Virus record (IMG/VR): IMGVR_UViG_3300005841_000936
Coordinates: 17,560 to 81,559 of that record
DNA: 64,000 nucleotides
Origin: a virus
Strand: one strand, 5' to 3'
Both the position numbers and the translations under genes were made by a program. The first letter of the stretch is position 1, and each line of letters opens with the position of its first letter. The notes under the pieces were generated by a model. It was not told where the DNA came from and did no database searches. It was given only the letters and a program-made list of their open reading frames with translations. Shown here in pieces: positions 46,226 to 55,597 of this stretch.

Positions 46226-47020
46226 ATGTCTGTACTGACACAGCTCCGCGCTCGCGCGGGGATCCGATCCCTATTGTCTGACGTAAATTCCAACCCGAAG
46301 GTCGCGAAGAACGACAAGCTTGGCGTTTCGACCGCGGTAATGCATCTGGCACCAGGCAACATGTCTGGCCATGAGGTTTGCCCGAAGCGCAGTGCCGGTT
46401 GCAGCGCGGCGTGCCTGCACTTTGCTGGCTCCCCGCTGTATCAAAGTGGGAAAACAACAGCGCGAATCGCACGCACTCAACTATTGTTCCGTGACCGGAA
46501 CCTATTCATGAATATCCTGGTGCTTGAAATCGCAGCCCATCGGAGAGCTGCCGAGCGTAAGGGGATGGATGCGGCTGTGCGTCTGAACGGTACCAGTGAC
46601 ATCGTCTGGGAGCGCAAGAAATTTATTTTGTATCCTGAAGTCGCTGATTTCCTTGGGAAAACCATCGATAGGAATGCCCAAACGATAAATAGGGTATTTC
46701 CTAGCGTGCAGTTTTATGACTATACCAAGATCCCCAATCGGAGTCCCGGAGATAATTATGACTTAACGTTCTCACTGTCGGAACAAAACATGAACGACAC
46801 CATGTCCGAGTTCCGAAGTGGACGCAACATTGCTGCCGTCTTTTTCAACCAGGTTCCAGCCACGTTTCTGGGCCTGACGGTTATCGATGGCGATGAGCAT
46901 GACTACCGACCCGCGGACCCCCGCGGTGTTGTGGTCGGGCTCAAAGCGAAAGGTGTGCCGGCGAAGAATGATCGGAGTGGTTTCGTTACGTCCAGTGTCG
47001 AGCTGGCAGTCGCTGCATGA
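46226..47020 (+). CDS. GP88-family phage protein (Cys-cluster)
   Basis: 'CP..S.GC...CL', 'RLNGTSDI.W', 'FYDYTK', 'Y.LTFS.S', 'GLKAKG'. Confidence 0.8.
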   Translation: MSVLTQLRARAGIRSLLSDVNSNPKVAKNDKLGVSTAVMHLAPGNMSGHEVCPKRSAGCSAACLHFAGSPLYQSGKTTARIARTQLLFRDRNLFMNILVLEIAAHRRAAERKGMDAAVRLNGTSDIVWERKKFILYPEVADFLGKTIDRNAQTINRVFPSVQFYDYTKIPNRSPGDNYDLTFSLSEQNMNDTMSEFRSGRNIAAVFFNQVPATFLGLTVIDGDEHDYRPADPRGVVVGLKAKGVPAKNDRSGFVTSSVELAVAA

Positions 47021-47334
47021 AGGATCATCTTCGTGCCAGCCTTGATGTCTGGCCGAAGATTGTGCGGGTGGTTGGTACGCCTGATGCGATCGGACTTGCC
47101 CTGCTCGAGGCCTATCTCGGTGATGATCCCTGGATGACAGTGGTCGAGGTGTCCGCGCGAACGACTGTTGGTCAGGACACTGTGCGGCGGAGATTACAGG
47201 ACTTGGTGACGATCAGTCGTGTTCGAACTCGCGCAGAAGGGAGGCTGAAATTTTATTGTCTCGAAGATCGAATTGCTCAGAGACTTGTTGATATTTTACA
47301 AGAGCTTGGCAGCAAATTGCAAAATGCAATTTAA
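47017..47334 (+). CDS. Winged-helix DNA-binding protein
   Basis: 'MTVVEVSARTTV..DTVRRRL..L.....V......R...Y.L'. Confidence 0.7.
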   Translation: MKDHLRASLDVWPKIVRVVGTPDAIGLALLEAYLGDDPWMTVVEVSARTTVGQDTVRRRLQDLVTISRVRTRAEGRLKFYCLEDRIAQRLVDILQELGSKLQNAI

Positions 47335-47420
47335 CATAGGTTGCGTTTTAGGACGGGGCCCGTAGACGGTTAACGGGGGTGCCTAGGGCGTTGATAAATC
47401 ATCCATTTTGGATGAAATTC

Positions 47421-47455
47421 GATACCGACAAGTGACTTAGTAACTTGTCGGTATC
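47421..47455. promoter_or_regulatory. 35-bp extended palindrome centred on motif A
   Basis: GATACCGACAAGT-GACTTAGTA-ACTTGTCGGTATC. Confidence 0.8.
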
Positions 47456-47542
47456 AGGCAGATTGCGGCGAAACCCTGGGTTAAGAGGGATGGAAGAAAC
47501 CGCGTCATATCATTAGGGTGCGTCACGTTTGAGAGGCGCAAC

Positions 47543-47785
47543 ATGATGAAGGACGAAATGATAATAACACTTTTGGATCATCTGCTTCGGTCATGGCTGC
47601 AGCAGTTTACGACCCAAGAAATTGGGTCTGACGTTGACAAAATACGGCTCCTGAATGCCGTTCGTCGAGAGGTAGATGTGGAACCTACCCCTCTTGTCCG
47701 CCAAGTTTATGAAGAGGTATTTTTAAGGGATGTGTGGACTGGAACCGACCCCCAGGGGAGATCAACGGGCGAAGCTACTCACTGA
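47543..47785 (+). CDS. Hypothetical protein
   Basis: GAGG SD. Confidence 0.55.
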   Translation: MMKDEMIITLLDHLLRSWLQQFTTQEIGSDVDKIRLLNAVRREVDVEPTPLVRQVYEEVFLRDVWTGTDPQGRSTGEATH

Positions 47786-48203
47786 GCGGGACAACCGCTT
47801 GGCCGAGTTCATGAGACAGCAGCGACCTATCGCTGCTATAGCAGAGCTAGAAGGGTTGGAGGCGGACTACTGTCGTAAGCGGTGCCGGGTCGTGGCGGCA
47901 GAGCGTGGCATCGTCTACAAACCACCACGTCCAAGACCGGAAGACAAGGCCGAGAATATGTATGGCCTTTCTGACGAGAGTAAAGCGTTCCGGGTGGGGC
48001 TCGGAGAAATCCTCTACAAGCATAGGGAAAGCGGTCAGCATCAGCTGGATGTAGCTCGGGACATAGGGCTCATCCAGGCTGCGCAGGTGCGTGCCACTCA
48101 ACGACCTTTCAACCACAACTGGACGATCAGCCAGATCGAGCGGCTCGCCGTCGCGGTTGGTCGCCCATTCAAGGAGGTGCTGCTCGAATGTGCGAGCAAG
48201 TAA
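47730..48203 (+). CDS. Putative HTH (XRE-like) regulator; start uncertain (47799 or 47811 possible)
   Basis: 'QLDVARDIGL...WTISQIERLA..VG' plus an N-terminal HTH-like segment. Confidence 0.55.
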   Translation: MCGLEPTPRGDQRAKLLTERDNRLAEFMRQQRPIAAIAELEGLEADYCRKRCRVVAAERGIVYKPPRPRPEDKAENMYGLSDESKAFRVGLGEILYKHRESGQHQLDVARDIGLIQAAQVRATQRPFNHNWTISQIERLAVAVGRPFKEVLLECASK

Positions 48204-48379
48204 AACAATATTTCGAGCTGGTAAGCCGGTTCCGGCAGCACGACGGTGGCTTGGTCCATACGAAGGTGCTCGAGGAGCTCGGTCAACTCTACTGTCGGAC
48301 GAGTTCGCCTCGCCTTCGCATCGCGATCGACAACTTCCTTGGGTCGCAACTGGACCGCGGCATGAAGGTGCCGTCATAA
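48188..48379 (+). CDS. Hypothetical protein
   Basis: AGGAGG SD. Confidence 0.55.
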   Translation: MCEQVKQYFELVSRFRQHDGGLVHTKVLEELGQLYCRTSSPRLRIAIDNFLGSQLDRGMKVPS

Positions 48380-48474
48380 CCACCCCAACCCACTAGGTAA
48401 CATGCCTCGGAGGCTTGGACGCGCCGACTCCGAGGCGCTTACTGAAGAAGGTTCCCGCTCACGGAGAACCTTCC

Positions 48475-50166
48475 ATGCACGTAGTCCAGCCCGCGCTTTC
48501 GGTCGCGGCAGAAAGCCCCTTCCGCTCGCAGTTCAGCGAGAATATTTTCAACTATAAATACAAGCACGAGCGCTGTGAGACGTGGGACCAGATGGCCGAC
48601 ACGCTGGTCGTCGATGTCTGCACCCAGTTCATGAACCTGGGCGATATGACGCAACTGGCTCAGTACATTGCCGACATGAAGTTCATCCCCGGCGGGCGCT
48701 ATCTCTATTATGCTGGTCGGAAAAAGCGCTTCTACAACAACTGTTATCTCCTGCGCTCGGAGGAGGACACGCGACAGGATTGGGCGAACCTTTCATGGAA
48801 GTCGGAGTCCGCACTGATGACCGGCGGCGGGATCGGCAACGACTATTCTGTTTACCGCGGCGAAGGCTCGCCGCTCGGATCCACCGGCGGTGTCGCCTCT
48901 GGCCCTATTTCGAAGATGGAAATGATCAACGAGATCGGCCGGCGCGTGATGCAGGGTGGCTCGAGGCGCAGCGCAATTTACGCCTCCCTCTCCGCCGAGC
49001 ATCCCGATGCTGAGAAGCTGCTCTTTACCAAGGATTGGGAACGTTATCCGGTACCGGGCACCGATCTCACGCTTGCCGATCTGAAGCGCAAGGACTTCAA
49101 CTGGCCCGCGCCGCTCGACATGACCAACATCAGTCTCAACTATGGCGACATCTGGCTCTCTCACTACCAGTCGACTGGCGATGTCGGTCACGTCTTCCGC
49201 ACCAACGTGCGTCAAGCATTGAAGTCGGCCGAGCCCGGCTTCTCCTTCAACTTCGGCAAGCATGCCAACGAGACGCTGCGCAACGCCTGCACCGAGGTCA
49301 CCAGCGAGGATGACAGCGACGTCTGCAACCTGGGTTCCCTGAACCTGGGCCGGATCAGCGATCTGGCTGAGCTGACTGACGTGATCAGGCTTGCCACCAT
49401 GTTCCTGATGTGCGGCACGCTGCGGGCTGAGCTGCCGTATGAGAAAGTGGCGCAAGTCCGGCTGAAGAACCGGCGCCTGGGCCTTGGCCTGATGGGCGTT
49501 CACGAGTGGCTCATTCAACGAGGATATAAATATGACGTCGTCCCCGAACTGCACGCATGGCTCGCGATCTACCGCGAGGAGAGCGATCGCATCTCGGAAC
49601 AATTTGCTGACCAGCTCAGCATCTCTCGCCCTGTCGCGAACCGTGCCATTGCCCCAACCGGAACCATCGGCATTCTTGCTGGCACCACCACTGGGATCGA
49701 ACCCCTTTTCGCCGTCGCTTATAAGCGTCGGTTCTTGAAGAACGGGACCGAGTGGCACTATCAATACGTCGTGGACGGTACGGCGCAGGAGATGATCCGG
49801 CGTTACGACACCGATCCCGACAGCATTGAGAGTGCGACTGATCTGTCCACCGACCCTGAGCGTCGCATCAAATTTCAGGCTGACGTGCAGGACTATGTCG
49901 ACATGGCGATCAGCTCGACCATCAACCTGCCCTCGTGGGGCAGCGATCACAACAACGAGGACAAGGTCGATGACTTCGCCGCGATCCTCGCGCGTTATGC
50001 TCATCGGCTTCGTGGGTTCACTGCATATCCGGACGGTGCGCGCGGCGGGCAGCCCCTTACCTCGGTCCCCTATCGCGAAGCGATGCAGCATCAGGGCGAA
50101 GAGTTCGTCGAGCAGAACCACGACGTCTGCGAATTGAGCGGCAAAGGCGGCTCTTGTGGCGTGTGA
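48475..50166 (+). CDS. Ribonucleotide reductase large subunit, probably class II (B12-dependent)
   Basis: 'PGGRYL', 'NNCY', 'RRSA', 'NACTE' (NPCxE-type), 'CNLGS.NL', 'APTGT', C-terminal Cys pair; no beta subunit in the window. Confidence 0.88.
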   Translation: MHVVQPALSVAAESPFRSQFSENIFNYKYKHERCETWDQMADTLVVDVCTQFMNLGDMTQLAQYIADMKFIPGGRYLYYAGRKKRFYNNCYLLRSEEDTRQDWANLSWKSESALMTGGGIGNDYSVYRGEGSPLGSTGGVASGPISKMEMINEIGRRVMQGGSRRSAIYASLSAEHPDAEKLLFTKDWERYPVPGTDLTLADLKRKDFNWPAPLDMTNISLNYGDIWLSHYQSTGDVGHVFRTNVRQALKSAEPGFSFNFGKHANETLRNACTEVTSEDDSDVCNLGSLNLGRISDLAELTDVIRLATMFLMCGTLRAELPYEKVAQVRLKNRRLGLGLMGVHEWLIQRGYKYDVVPELHAWLAIYREESDRISEQFADQLSISRPVANRAIAPTGTIGILAGTTTGIEPLFAVAYKRRFLKNGTEWHYQYVVDGTAQEMIRRYDTDPDSIESATDLSTDPERRIKFQADVQDYVDMAISSTINLPSWGSDHNNEDKVDDFAAILARYAHRLRGFTAYPDGARGGQPLTSVPYREAMQHQGEEFVEQNHDVCELSGKGGSCGV

Positions 50167-50175
50167 CTAAGTAAC
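50163..50175. promoter_or_regulatory. Operator motif A (GTGACTAAGTAAC) overlapping the RNR stop codon
   Basis: Fits the consensus. Confidence 0.75.
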
Positions 50176-50198
50176 TTCCTCCGCAATGCAAGACTATC

Positions 50199-50234
50199 GA
50201 GCCCCGCCGGGCGTACTGGCGGGGCTCTATTTTT
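50199..50234 (+). terminator. Rho-independent terminator
   Basis: GAGCCCCGCCGG-GCGTA-CTGGCGGGGCTC-TATTTTT. Confidence 0.85.
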
Positions 50235-50285
50235 GTGAAATTTTTCCGGGGAATTGTTCCGGATTCTACATGAGGTCGAAAAGTT

Positions 50286-50541
50286 ATGACGGTGGTCACA
50301 CCCTTGGTCCCAATGTCAGCTGGCATCAGTCTGATGAGTGGGGCCATGTTTGATTACATGAACCCCGGCGCCACCGAGGTGGCGATCGATGATATCGCCC
50401 ATGCTCTGTCGAACATCTGTCGTTTCGCAGGGCGCACGAGAGCTCGGTACCGACCTTGCCACGATCGCCGCGGAGAACGCAGCCAAGCTTGCCGACCGCA
50501 AGGCCCGTGGCGTGCTGGGTGGATCAGGTGACAACCGATGA
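50286..50541 (+). pseudogene. Deletion chimera: 5' part of an HD (YfbR-like) phosphohydrolase joined out of frame to the 3' part of a MazG-like pyrophosphohydrolase
   Basis: 'IDDIAHALSNICRFAG' ends at ~50432; the +1 frame 50434-50541 reads ARELGTDLATIAAENAAKLADRKARGVLGGSGDNR*. Confidence 0.8.
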
Positions 50542-50759
50542 ATGTGTTTCTCGCGACAACTGCTGTTGACGATAATGGCAGCGGGAAAACCTACCCGGTA
50601 ATTGTACGCGTAGATGCCATCGACGTTGTAATGGCTCTACCTGACGACGTCATATCCGGAGCACACTCGATAATCACGATCAGGCATCGTGAGTACCCCC
50701 TTCACTGCGAAGATACGTTCGAGAAGATAATTGAGAAGCTTCGTGAGGTGCCGCAATGA
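50538..50759 (+). CDS. Hypothetical protein
   Basis: ATGA-coupled to the MazG fragment stop. Confidence 0.6.
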   Translation: MNVFLATTAVDDNGSGKTYPVIVRVDAIDVVMALPDDVISGAHSIITIRHREYPLHCEDTFEKIIEKLREVPQ

Positions 50760-50950
50760 TCTGGAAGGTTGCTCTCGCCCTCTACCTGTTCATCGGGTTG
50801 ATGATTGGCCTGACGCTCGCGTGGGCGGTGCCCGCCACCAACATCTTCGGTGTCATTTATTTGACGTTGATCTGGCCGGTGTGGGTGTCTCAGGAGCTCA
50901 CGGGAATCCACCCTCCCGTGCCAATGTGGATGTTCACCTTTGACACCTGA
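50756..50950 (+). CDS. Small membrane protein
   Basis: Two hydrophobic segments. Confidence 0.6.
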   Translation: MIWKVALALYLFIGLMIGLTLAWAVPATNIFGVIYLTLIWPVWVSQELTGIHPPVPMWMFTFDT

Positions 50951-51206
50951 CCTAATCAACGGCCTGTTCGAGGCCAGTGGCGCCTGCGCTGTCGGCCTCA
51001 GTGTCCTTCGCATAATGAAGGACCGGCGCTACTCCGGCATGCATCCTTTCATGACCGTGTTCTTCCAGACCTGGGGTCTGTGGAACCTCTATTATTATCC
51101 GTCGATCAACCAGCCTTGGTCGACTGCGGGCGGGGTCCTCCTCGCCCTCGCCAACACCCTTTATCTCTCTCAGATGTGGAGATTTCGACATGGCCCACGG
51201 CCCTGA
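50940..51206 (+). CDS. 3-TM membrane protein, PQ-loop/SemiSWEET-like
   Basis: Three hydrophobic helices, 'K...SG.....F..WG.WN.YYY' pattern. Confidence 0.6.
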   Translation: MTPDLINGLFEASGACAVGLSVLRIMKDRRYSGMHPFMTVFFQTWGLWNLYYYPSINQPWSTAGGVLLALANTLYLSQMWRFRHGPRP

Positions 51207-51355
51207 AGTGAAGACTAGCGACGAGCTGACGTTCCTCCGATACTTTTATCGCAATGTGGATGGTGCACTCGGTCCAGGTTCGGACGACGTCTATTATGCC
51301 ATCAAACGGAACTATGTTGCAGACACTGGCAATCGCATTCCGCGGGATTATCGCG

Positions 51356-51901
51356 ATGAATAACGGCCCTGAACTCTGGGACGCGATCTTAGCTGAGATG
51401 CAGCCAGGTGCTATTATCGCCGGCGGAGCCGTGCGCGACTATTTCCTGGGCGTTGAGCCGAAGGATATCGACGTGTTCATGGGCGACAAACCAACGCCGG
51501 AGGCAAGTGTGCTTTCAGGCTGCTGGGATCTGAGCCAGTTAAGCTGCGCATATGACGCCCGCTCCGGTCTGGGCCGCATCGACAACACCTACGAGCGTAT
51601 CGAGGAATACGCTGCGGTGACCGGCATCGTTCTGGTGAGCACCGGTACCTTGTTCGATCACCGTGTCGACGCCATCGTCATGGACAATTTCGATCCAACC
51701 ACATTGGTCGAAGGCTTCGACTTTGGCATTACCCGGTGCTGGTACGACGGCGAGATCCATGACACGCCTGAAGCTCGAAACGATCGCTATTACGGCACCG
51801 TCACCATGCTGCTTGACAGTCGCAAAGAACGCAGCCTGGCTCGGTTTGATCGTTTCAATAAGCGGACGGGCGGTGGCTGGAAGCTGGTGTTTGGGACGTG
51901 A
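51356..51901 (+). CDS. Nucleotidyltransferase (CCA-adding/poly(A) polymerase head-like)
   Basis: 'IAGGAVRD...PKDIDVF' and 'FDF' motifs. Confidence 0.82.
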   Translation: MNNGPELWDAILAEMQPGAIIAGGAVRDYFLGVEPKDIDVFMGDKPTPEASVLSGCWDLSQLSCAYDARSGLGRIDNTYERIEEYAAVTGIVLVSTGTLFDHRVDAIVMDNFDPTTLVEGFDFGITRCWYDGEIHDTPEARNDRYYGTVTMLLDSRKERSLARFDRFNKRTGGGWKLVFGT

Positions 51902-53367
51902 ACGCACCCACCCTCCGACCTTACCAGGTCGAGGATCTCGCCTTTCATATAGCCAATCCCAAATCCCTAAACACCAGTGATCCCGGCACCGGAAAAACCC
52001 CGACTGTCTGCGTGCTGGCATGGTATCACTGGGCTCGGCGCCAGAAGAAGACAGTGTGGGCCATGCCGCTGTCGCTGCGTGACAAGAATAAGGAGGAACT
52101 GCTCCGCTTCACCGGCTTCAAGTCGGAGGACGTGGTGATCCTCACCAGTGATCACGCCGCGCTGACGGAGGACTGGACCGGTCCAACATTCACGCGGAAT
52201 AAGCGGGTGCGCAGACCGACCGGTCGTATCGGTCCGGACGGTGAGCCTGAGACTAAGATGGTCGACGAGCCTATCGTCGCCAAGGACCTGATTGCCGCGG
52301 CGAAAGAAGCCAAGGTTTTCATCGTCACGTTCGCATTCTTATCCAGCCACTGGAGGCGTCTGCTCGCCACGATCCCCGACATCGATCTCTTCCTGGTGGA
52401 TGAGCTTCACCTTGGGTACGGCGGGCCTGCGTCCGCGCAGACTGAAAGCTTTTATTTCGTCAATCGGCACGTCAATAATTTCTGTGGCATGACCGGCACG
52501 TTGATCGACGGTCGGCTCGACTCCGCCTTCCCTGCCATCCATGTGATCGAACCCCGGTATTACGGCGGCTATGGTGGTTTCCTCGACGAGCATTCTCTCT
52601 GGACCAACAACTATGGCAAGGTTGAGGTCTGGAAGGGCGAGGAGAAACTGAAGCAGATCCTGGCCCGGCACTCGGTCCAGCACACTTTCACCGAGGTGTA
52701 CGGCGACGAGCCAGTTCACTTTGAAACTGTCACCGGGCCCATGGGTCCGATCCAGCGTGAGGAATACGACAAGTTTCACGAGCAAGCGATGCTCGAGCTG
52801 GAAGACGGACGCATTCTTGATGGCTCGATGCCTGGCGTTGCGCTGATCCGCGCGACGCAGATCATGGGCCATCCTGAAACCTATCTCCTGGCCAAGGGCG
52901 AGATCCTTTGGAAGGACAAGAAGCTGATGGAGTACGCGACGGAGGGCCGGCCGATGCTGGTCTTCTCCGCTGCGGTCGCCGAACAGGAACGTTGCCAGCG
53001 TGTCCTGCAGGACCAGGGCCTGCGCGCTGGCCTGATCAACAATACAGTATCCGGACCAAAGCGGTCCGCGATCGATGCAGCTTTCCGTGCAGGAGAGCTC
53101 GACGCAATCGTCGCCTCGGGACCAACGGCCGGTATCGGTTGGAATTGGGAACGAGCCGACCATGTCATCAACGTCTCAGTCGATTACAAAGACGTCAACT
53201 TTCTCCAGGCTTACCGCCGCGCCAGCCGCGGCACCAGGACTTCGGTCCTGCGTGTCACTACGCTGGAATATGAGAACTCCATCGACCGTCGCAAGTTCGA
53301 TATCCTCACCGCCAAGTCGGTGATCGCGAACAAGGTCGATCCTAACCGTAAAGTTCTTGCCTTCTAA
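51898..53367 (+). CDS. Superfamily 2 (SNF2-like) helicase
   Basis: 'LRPYQ', 'DPGTGKT', 'DELH', 'MTGT', 'QAYRRASR'. Confidence 0.9.
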   Translation: MNAPTLRPYQVEDLAFHIANPKSLNTSDPGTGKTPTVCVLAWYHWARRQKKTVWAMPLSLRDKNKEELLRFTGFKSEDVVILTSDHAALTEDWTGPTFTRNKRVRRPTGRIGPDGEPETKMVDEPIVAKDLIAAAKEAKVFIVTFAFLSSHWRRLLATIPDIDLFLVDELHLGYGGPASAQTESFYFVNRHVNNFCGMTGTLIDGRLDSAFPAIHVIEPRYYGGYGGFLDEHSLWTNNYGKVEVWKGEEKLKQILARHSVQHTFTEVYGDEPVHFETVTGPMGPIQREEYDKFHEQAMLELEDGRILDGSMPGVALIRATQIMGHPETYLLAKGEILWKDKKLMEYATEGRPMLVFSAAVAEQERCQRVLQDQGLRAGLINNTVSGPKRSAIDAAFRAGELDAIVASGPTAGIGWNWERADHVINVSVDYKDVNFLQAYRRASRGTRTSVLRVTTLEYENSIDRRKFDILTAKSVIANKVDPNRKVLAF

Positions 53368-53376
53368 CTAGGTAAC
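53364..53376. promoter_or_regulatory. Operator motif A variant (CTAACTAGGTAAC) overlapping the helicase stop codon
   Basis: Right half exact, left half degenerate. Confidence 0.6.
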
Positions 53377-53453
53377 TTCTCCCTCTTCCCGAGCAATCTG
53401 CTTCGGAAGGGCGCATATATTCGACTCTGCAACTTGAAATAGGAATCTTTAAT

Positions 53454-54131
53454 ATGGCAACTGCCCCCAACGCACTCGATGCGATCATGAGTGAAGCCGA
53501 AACTGCTGCTGCGAACTTCACGCCGCCTGTTCCGATCCCCGTTCAGGTACCTGTCGCCGCAAACAATAACCAAGCCCTCGCGAAACCCTCGATGGATAAC
53601 TTCCTCGATGGCGGCGGCATGGACGTCGATCAATACTTCCGGGTGAAGCCGGATGGCATTCGTATCGGTGACGATATGAAGGGTCTCGTCGATGAAATCA
53701 TCGGTGAGATTGACATGACGGAAGTCACGCCGATCTATTCCTCGCGGCATGAGAGCGGCGGCAACACGAAGTTCGTCAAGAGCTACGACGGTGCCACCAC
53801 CCCGAGCGGCGAGAATTTCCAGCAGCTCGTCGCCCAGTTGACCGCGACCAACCAGAAAAACTCGGGCATCTACCAGACGGTGGAGATTCCGGTGACGCTG
53901 GTGAACGATGTCGCCGACCCGAAGACCAAGCTCGTCTTCGAAGCCGGCACTCGCGTTGGTCTGACCCCGTCGGTGACAGGCTTCAAGTCTTACCAGAGCT
54001 TCGCGAAGAAGCTCCGGACTCAGGACCCGAGCCTACTTAGCCAGACGCTAGTGGTGAAGCTTACTCATCGCCAGCGGAAGAATAACGCGGGCAACGAATG
54101 GGGCGTGGTTGACTTCGAGCTCGCCGCCTGA
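53454..54131 (+). CDS. Putative ssDNA-binding protein
   Basis: Replication-cluster position, own RBS, OB-fold-like C-terminus 'KNNAGNEWGVVDF'. Confidence 0.5.
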   Translation: MATAPNALDAIMSEAETAAANFTPPVPIPVQVPVAANNNQALAKPSMDNFLDGGGMDVDQYFRVKPDGIRIGDDMKGLVDEIIGEIDMTEVTPIYSSRHESGGNTKFVKSYDGATTPSGENFQQLVAQLTATNQKNSGIYQTVEIPVTLVNDVADPKTKLVFEAGTRVGLTPSVTGFKSYQSFAKKLRTQDPSLLSQTLVVKLTHRQRKNNAGNEWGVVDFELAA

Positions 54132-54463
54132 TGCTCGCGGTGGATTCTGCCCAATCCACCAACGTGAGGCGCGAACCGATCGGTTCGCGCCTCATAAGCA
54201 TTGCTGAAAATTATTATGACCTGTCCCCCGGAACGCTGCGCAACAAGAAGCGCCGCAATGGCCGGGTGTCCCGCGCACGTTGGGCAGTCGCAACCGTTCT
54301 AACCGACGCTGTCGGTTGGAGCCAGCCTCGCATCGGCGGTCTTCTGAACGCCGACGCCTCCGCCATTCATTATGCCTATCGCCGATCGCAGCAACTGCTG
54401 CGGAGCGATCCCCTATTCTTCGACATCGTCAGGAAGCTGACGGAGGAAGTATCGCCGACATGA
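54131..54463 (+). CDS. DnaA C-terminal-like HTH protein
   Basis: 'RAR.AV...L....WS.PRIG..L..D.SAI.YA.RR'. Confidence 0.72.
   Translation: MLAVDSAQSTNVRREPIGSRLISIAENYYDLSPGTLRNKKRRNGRVSRARWAVATVLTDAVGWSQPRIGGLLNADASAIHYAYRRSQQLLRSDPLFFDIVRKLTEEVSPT
54165..54194. repeat. Perfect 30-bp palindrome
   Basis: TGAGGCGCGAACCGA|TCGGTTCGCGCCTCA. Confidence 0.9.
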
Positions 54464-54610
54464 TCGATGAACAACTCGACGTTATTGTCCGCACCGGTCT
54501 CGCCGCTTTGGACGATCCCGACGTCCAGGTCCTGGGCTTACATAAGGATGATGCCCGCGTCCTCCTCCATGCCGCTCGCGTGGGTGGTCACGTCATGCCG
54601 GAGCTGGTTC

Positions 54611-55390
54611 GTGCTGCATCTATACGACGGAAATAATTGCCTCCTTCGTGCGCTCGATGCTGTTGGACACGAACGCATCGGTCTTCGCATGCGCTATGAG
54701 AACTGCAACAACGGAGAGCAGCACATTTATTGCTGGGACGGTCGCAATCACAACGCCCGTCGGCAAGATATTTACCCCGCATACAAGGCCAATCGTGTTC
54801 CGATGGGCGAGGATAGATTTGCCCAGATCGGTTTGTTTCGAGAAGCACTAAGCCATAGCTGCGCTGCACAGATCGAATGCGATGGCTGGGAAGCTGACGA
54901 TGTGATTGGTGCTCTCGTGCATCGGTTCGCCACTAAGCATGTGCCTGTCACGGTCTACACCAACGACCTCGATTATTGGCAGCTCATGGTCTACAAAAAT
55001 GTCACGATCAACGGCATTCAGATGAAGTCTGTGCCTGATTGTGAGCCACATCACATTCCGATCTACAAGGCCTTGGTCGGGGACAGCTCGGACAATATTA
55101 TTGGCATCCACGGTTTCGGCAAGAAGAGCTGGAATGCTCTCACTCTTCCGCAACGCAAGATGCTGCAGCGGGCGATTGAGAACGATGACGTTTCGATTAT
55201 CATTGGCATGCCGCTCCCCACTCGCGTGATGAATCTCCTCATGGACCCTGCCAACCGTGCCGCGGCGCGTGCGGCGCTTGCCGTCACACGCTTTATCCCC
55301 GTTCCCGACAATGAACTAAACGCCGGCATCAAGCCCGGCACGCTCAATCGTGAAGCGGCGAACCAACTTTTCAAAAGGTATTTTCTCTGA
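54611..55390 (+). CDS. 5'-3' exonuclease/flap endonuclease
   Basis: 'YDGNN', 'YKANR', 'EADDVI', 'NDLD..QL', 'GDSSDNI.GI.G.GKK'; likely GTG start at 54611. Confidence 0.9.
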   Translation: MLHLYDGNNCLLRALDAVGHERIGLRMRYENCNNGEQHIYCWDGRNHNARRQDIYPAYKANRVPMGEDRFAQIGLFREALSHSCAAQIECDGWEADDVIGALVHRFATKHVPVTVYTNDLDYWQLMVYKNVTINGIQMKSVPDCEPHHIPIYKALVGDSSDNIIGIHGFGKKSWNALTLPQRKMLQRAIENDDVSIIIGMPLPTRVMNLLMDPANRAAARAALAVTRFIPVPDNELNAGIKPGTLNREAANQLFKRYFL

Positions 55391-55597
55391 CTTTTCACCA
55401 ACAGCTTGATTCACTTGTTCGTAAGGAAGCCGCAGCTGGAACCTCGCTCGGTAAGATCATCACGCCGTTGCTGAACATGACCGCATCCACCCTGTGTAAC
55501 GTCGTCCAAGCGAATGGCTTGGACCTCAACGAGGAACTGCAGGGCGTTACTGAACAGCTCGAAGATCTCTGCGCGCACTACCGGAAGGCTTACCAAG

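Noticed and set aside
48793-50121. 442 aa minus-strand ORF
   Set aside because: Antisense shadow of the RNR gene
50440-50451. GAGCTCGGTACC, resembling a pUC SacI-KpnI polylinker next to the deletion junction
   Set aside because: Reads naturally as E-L-G-T in the MazG frame; no further vector sequence
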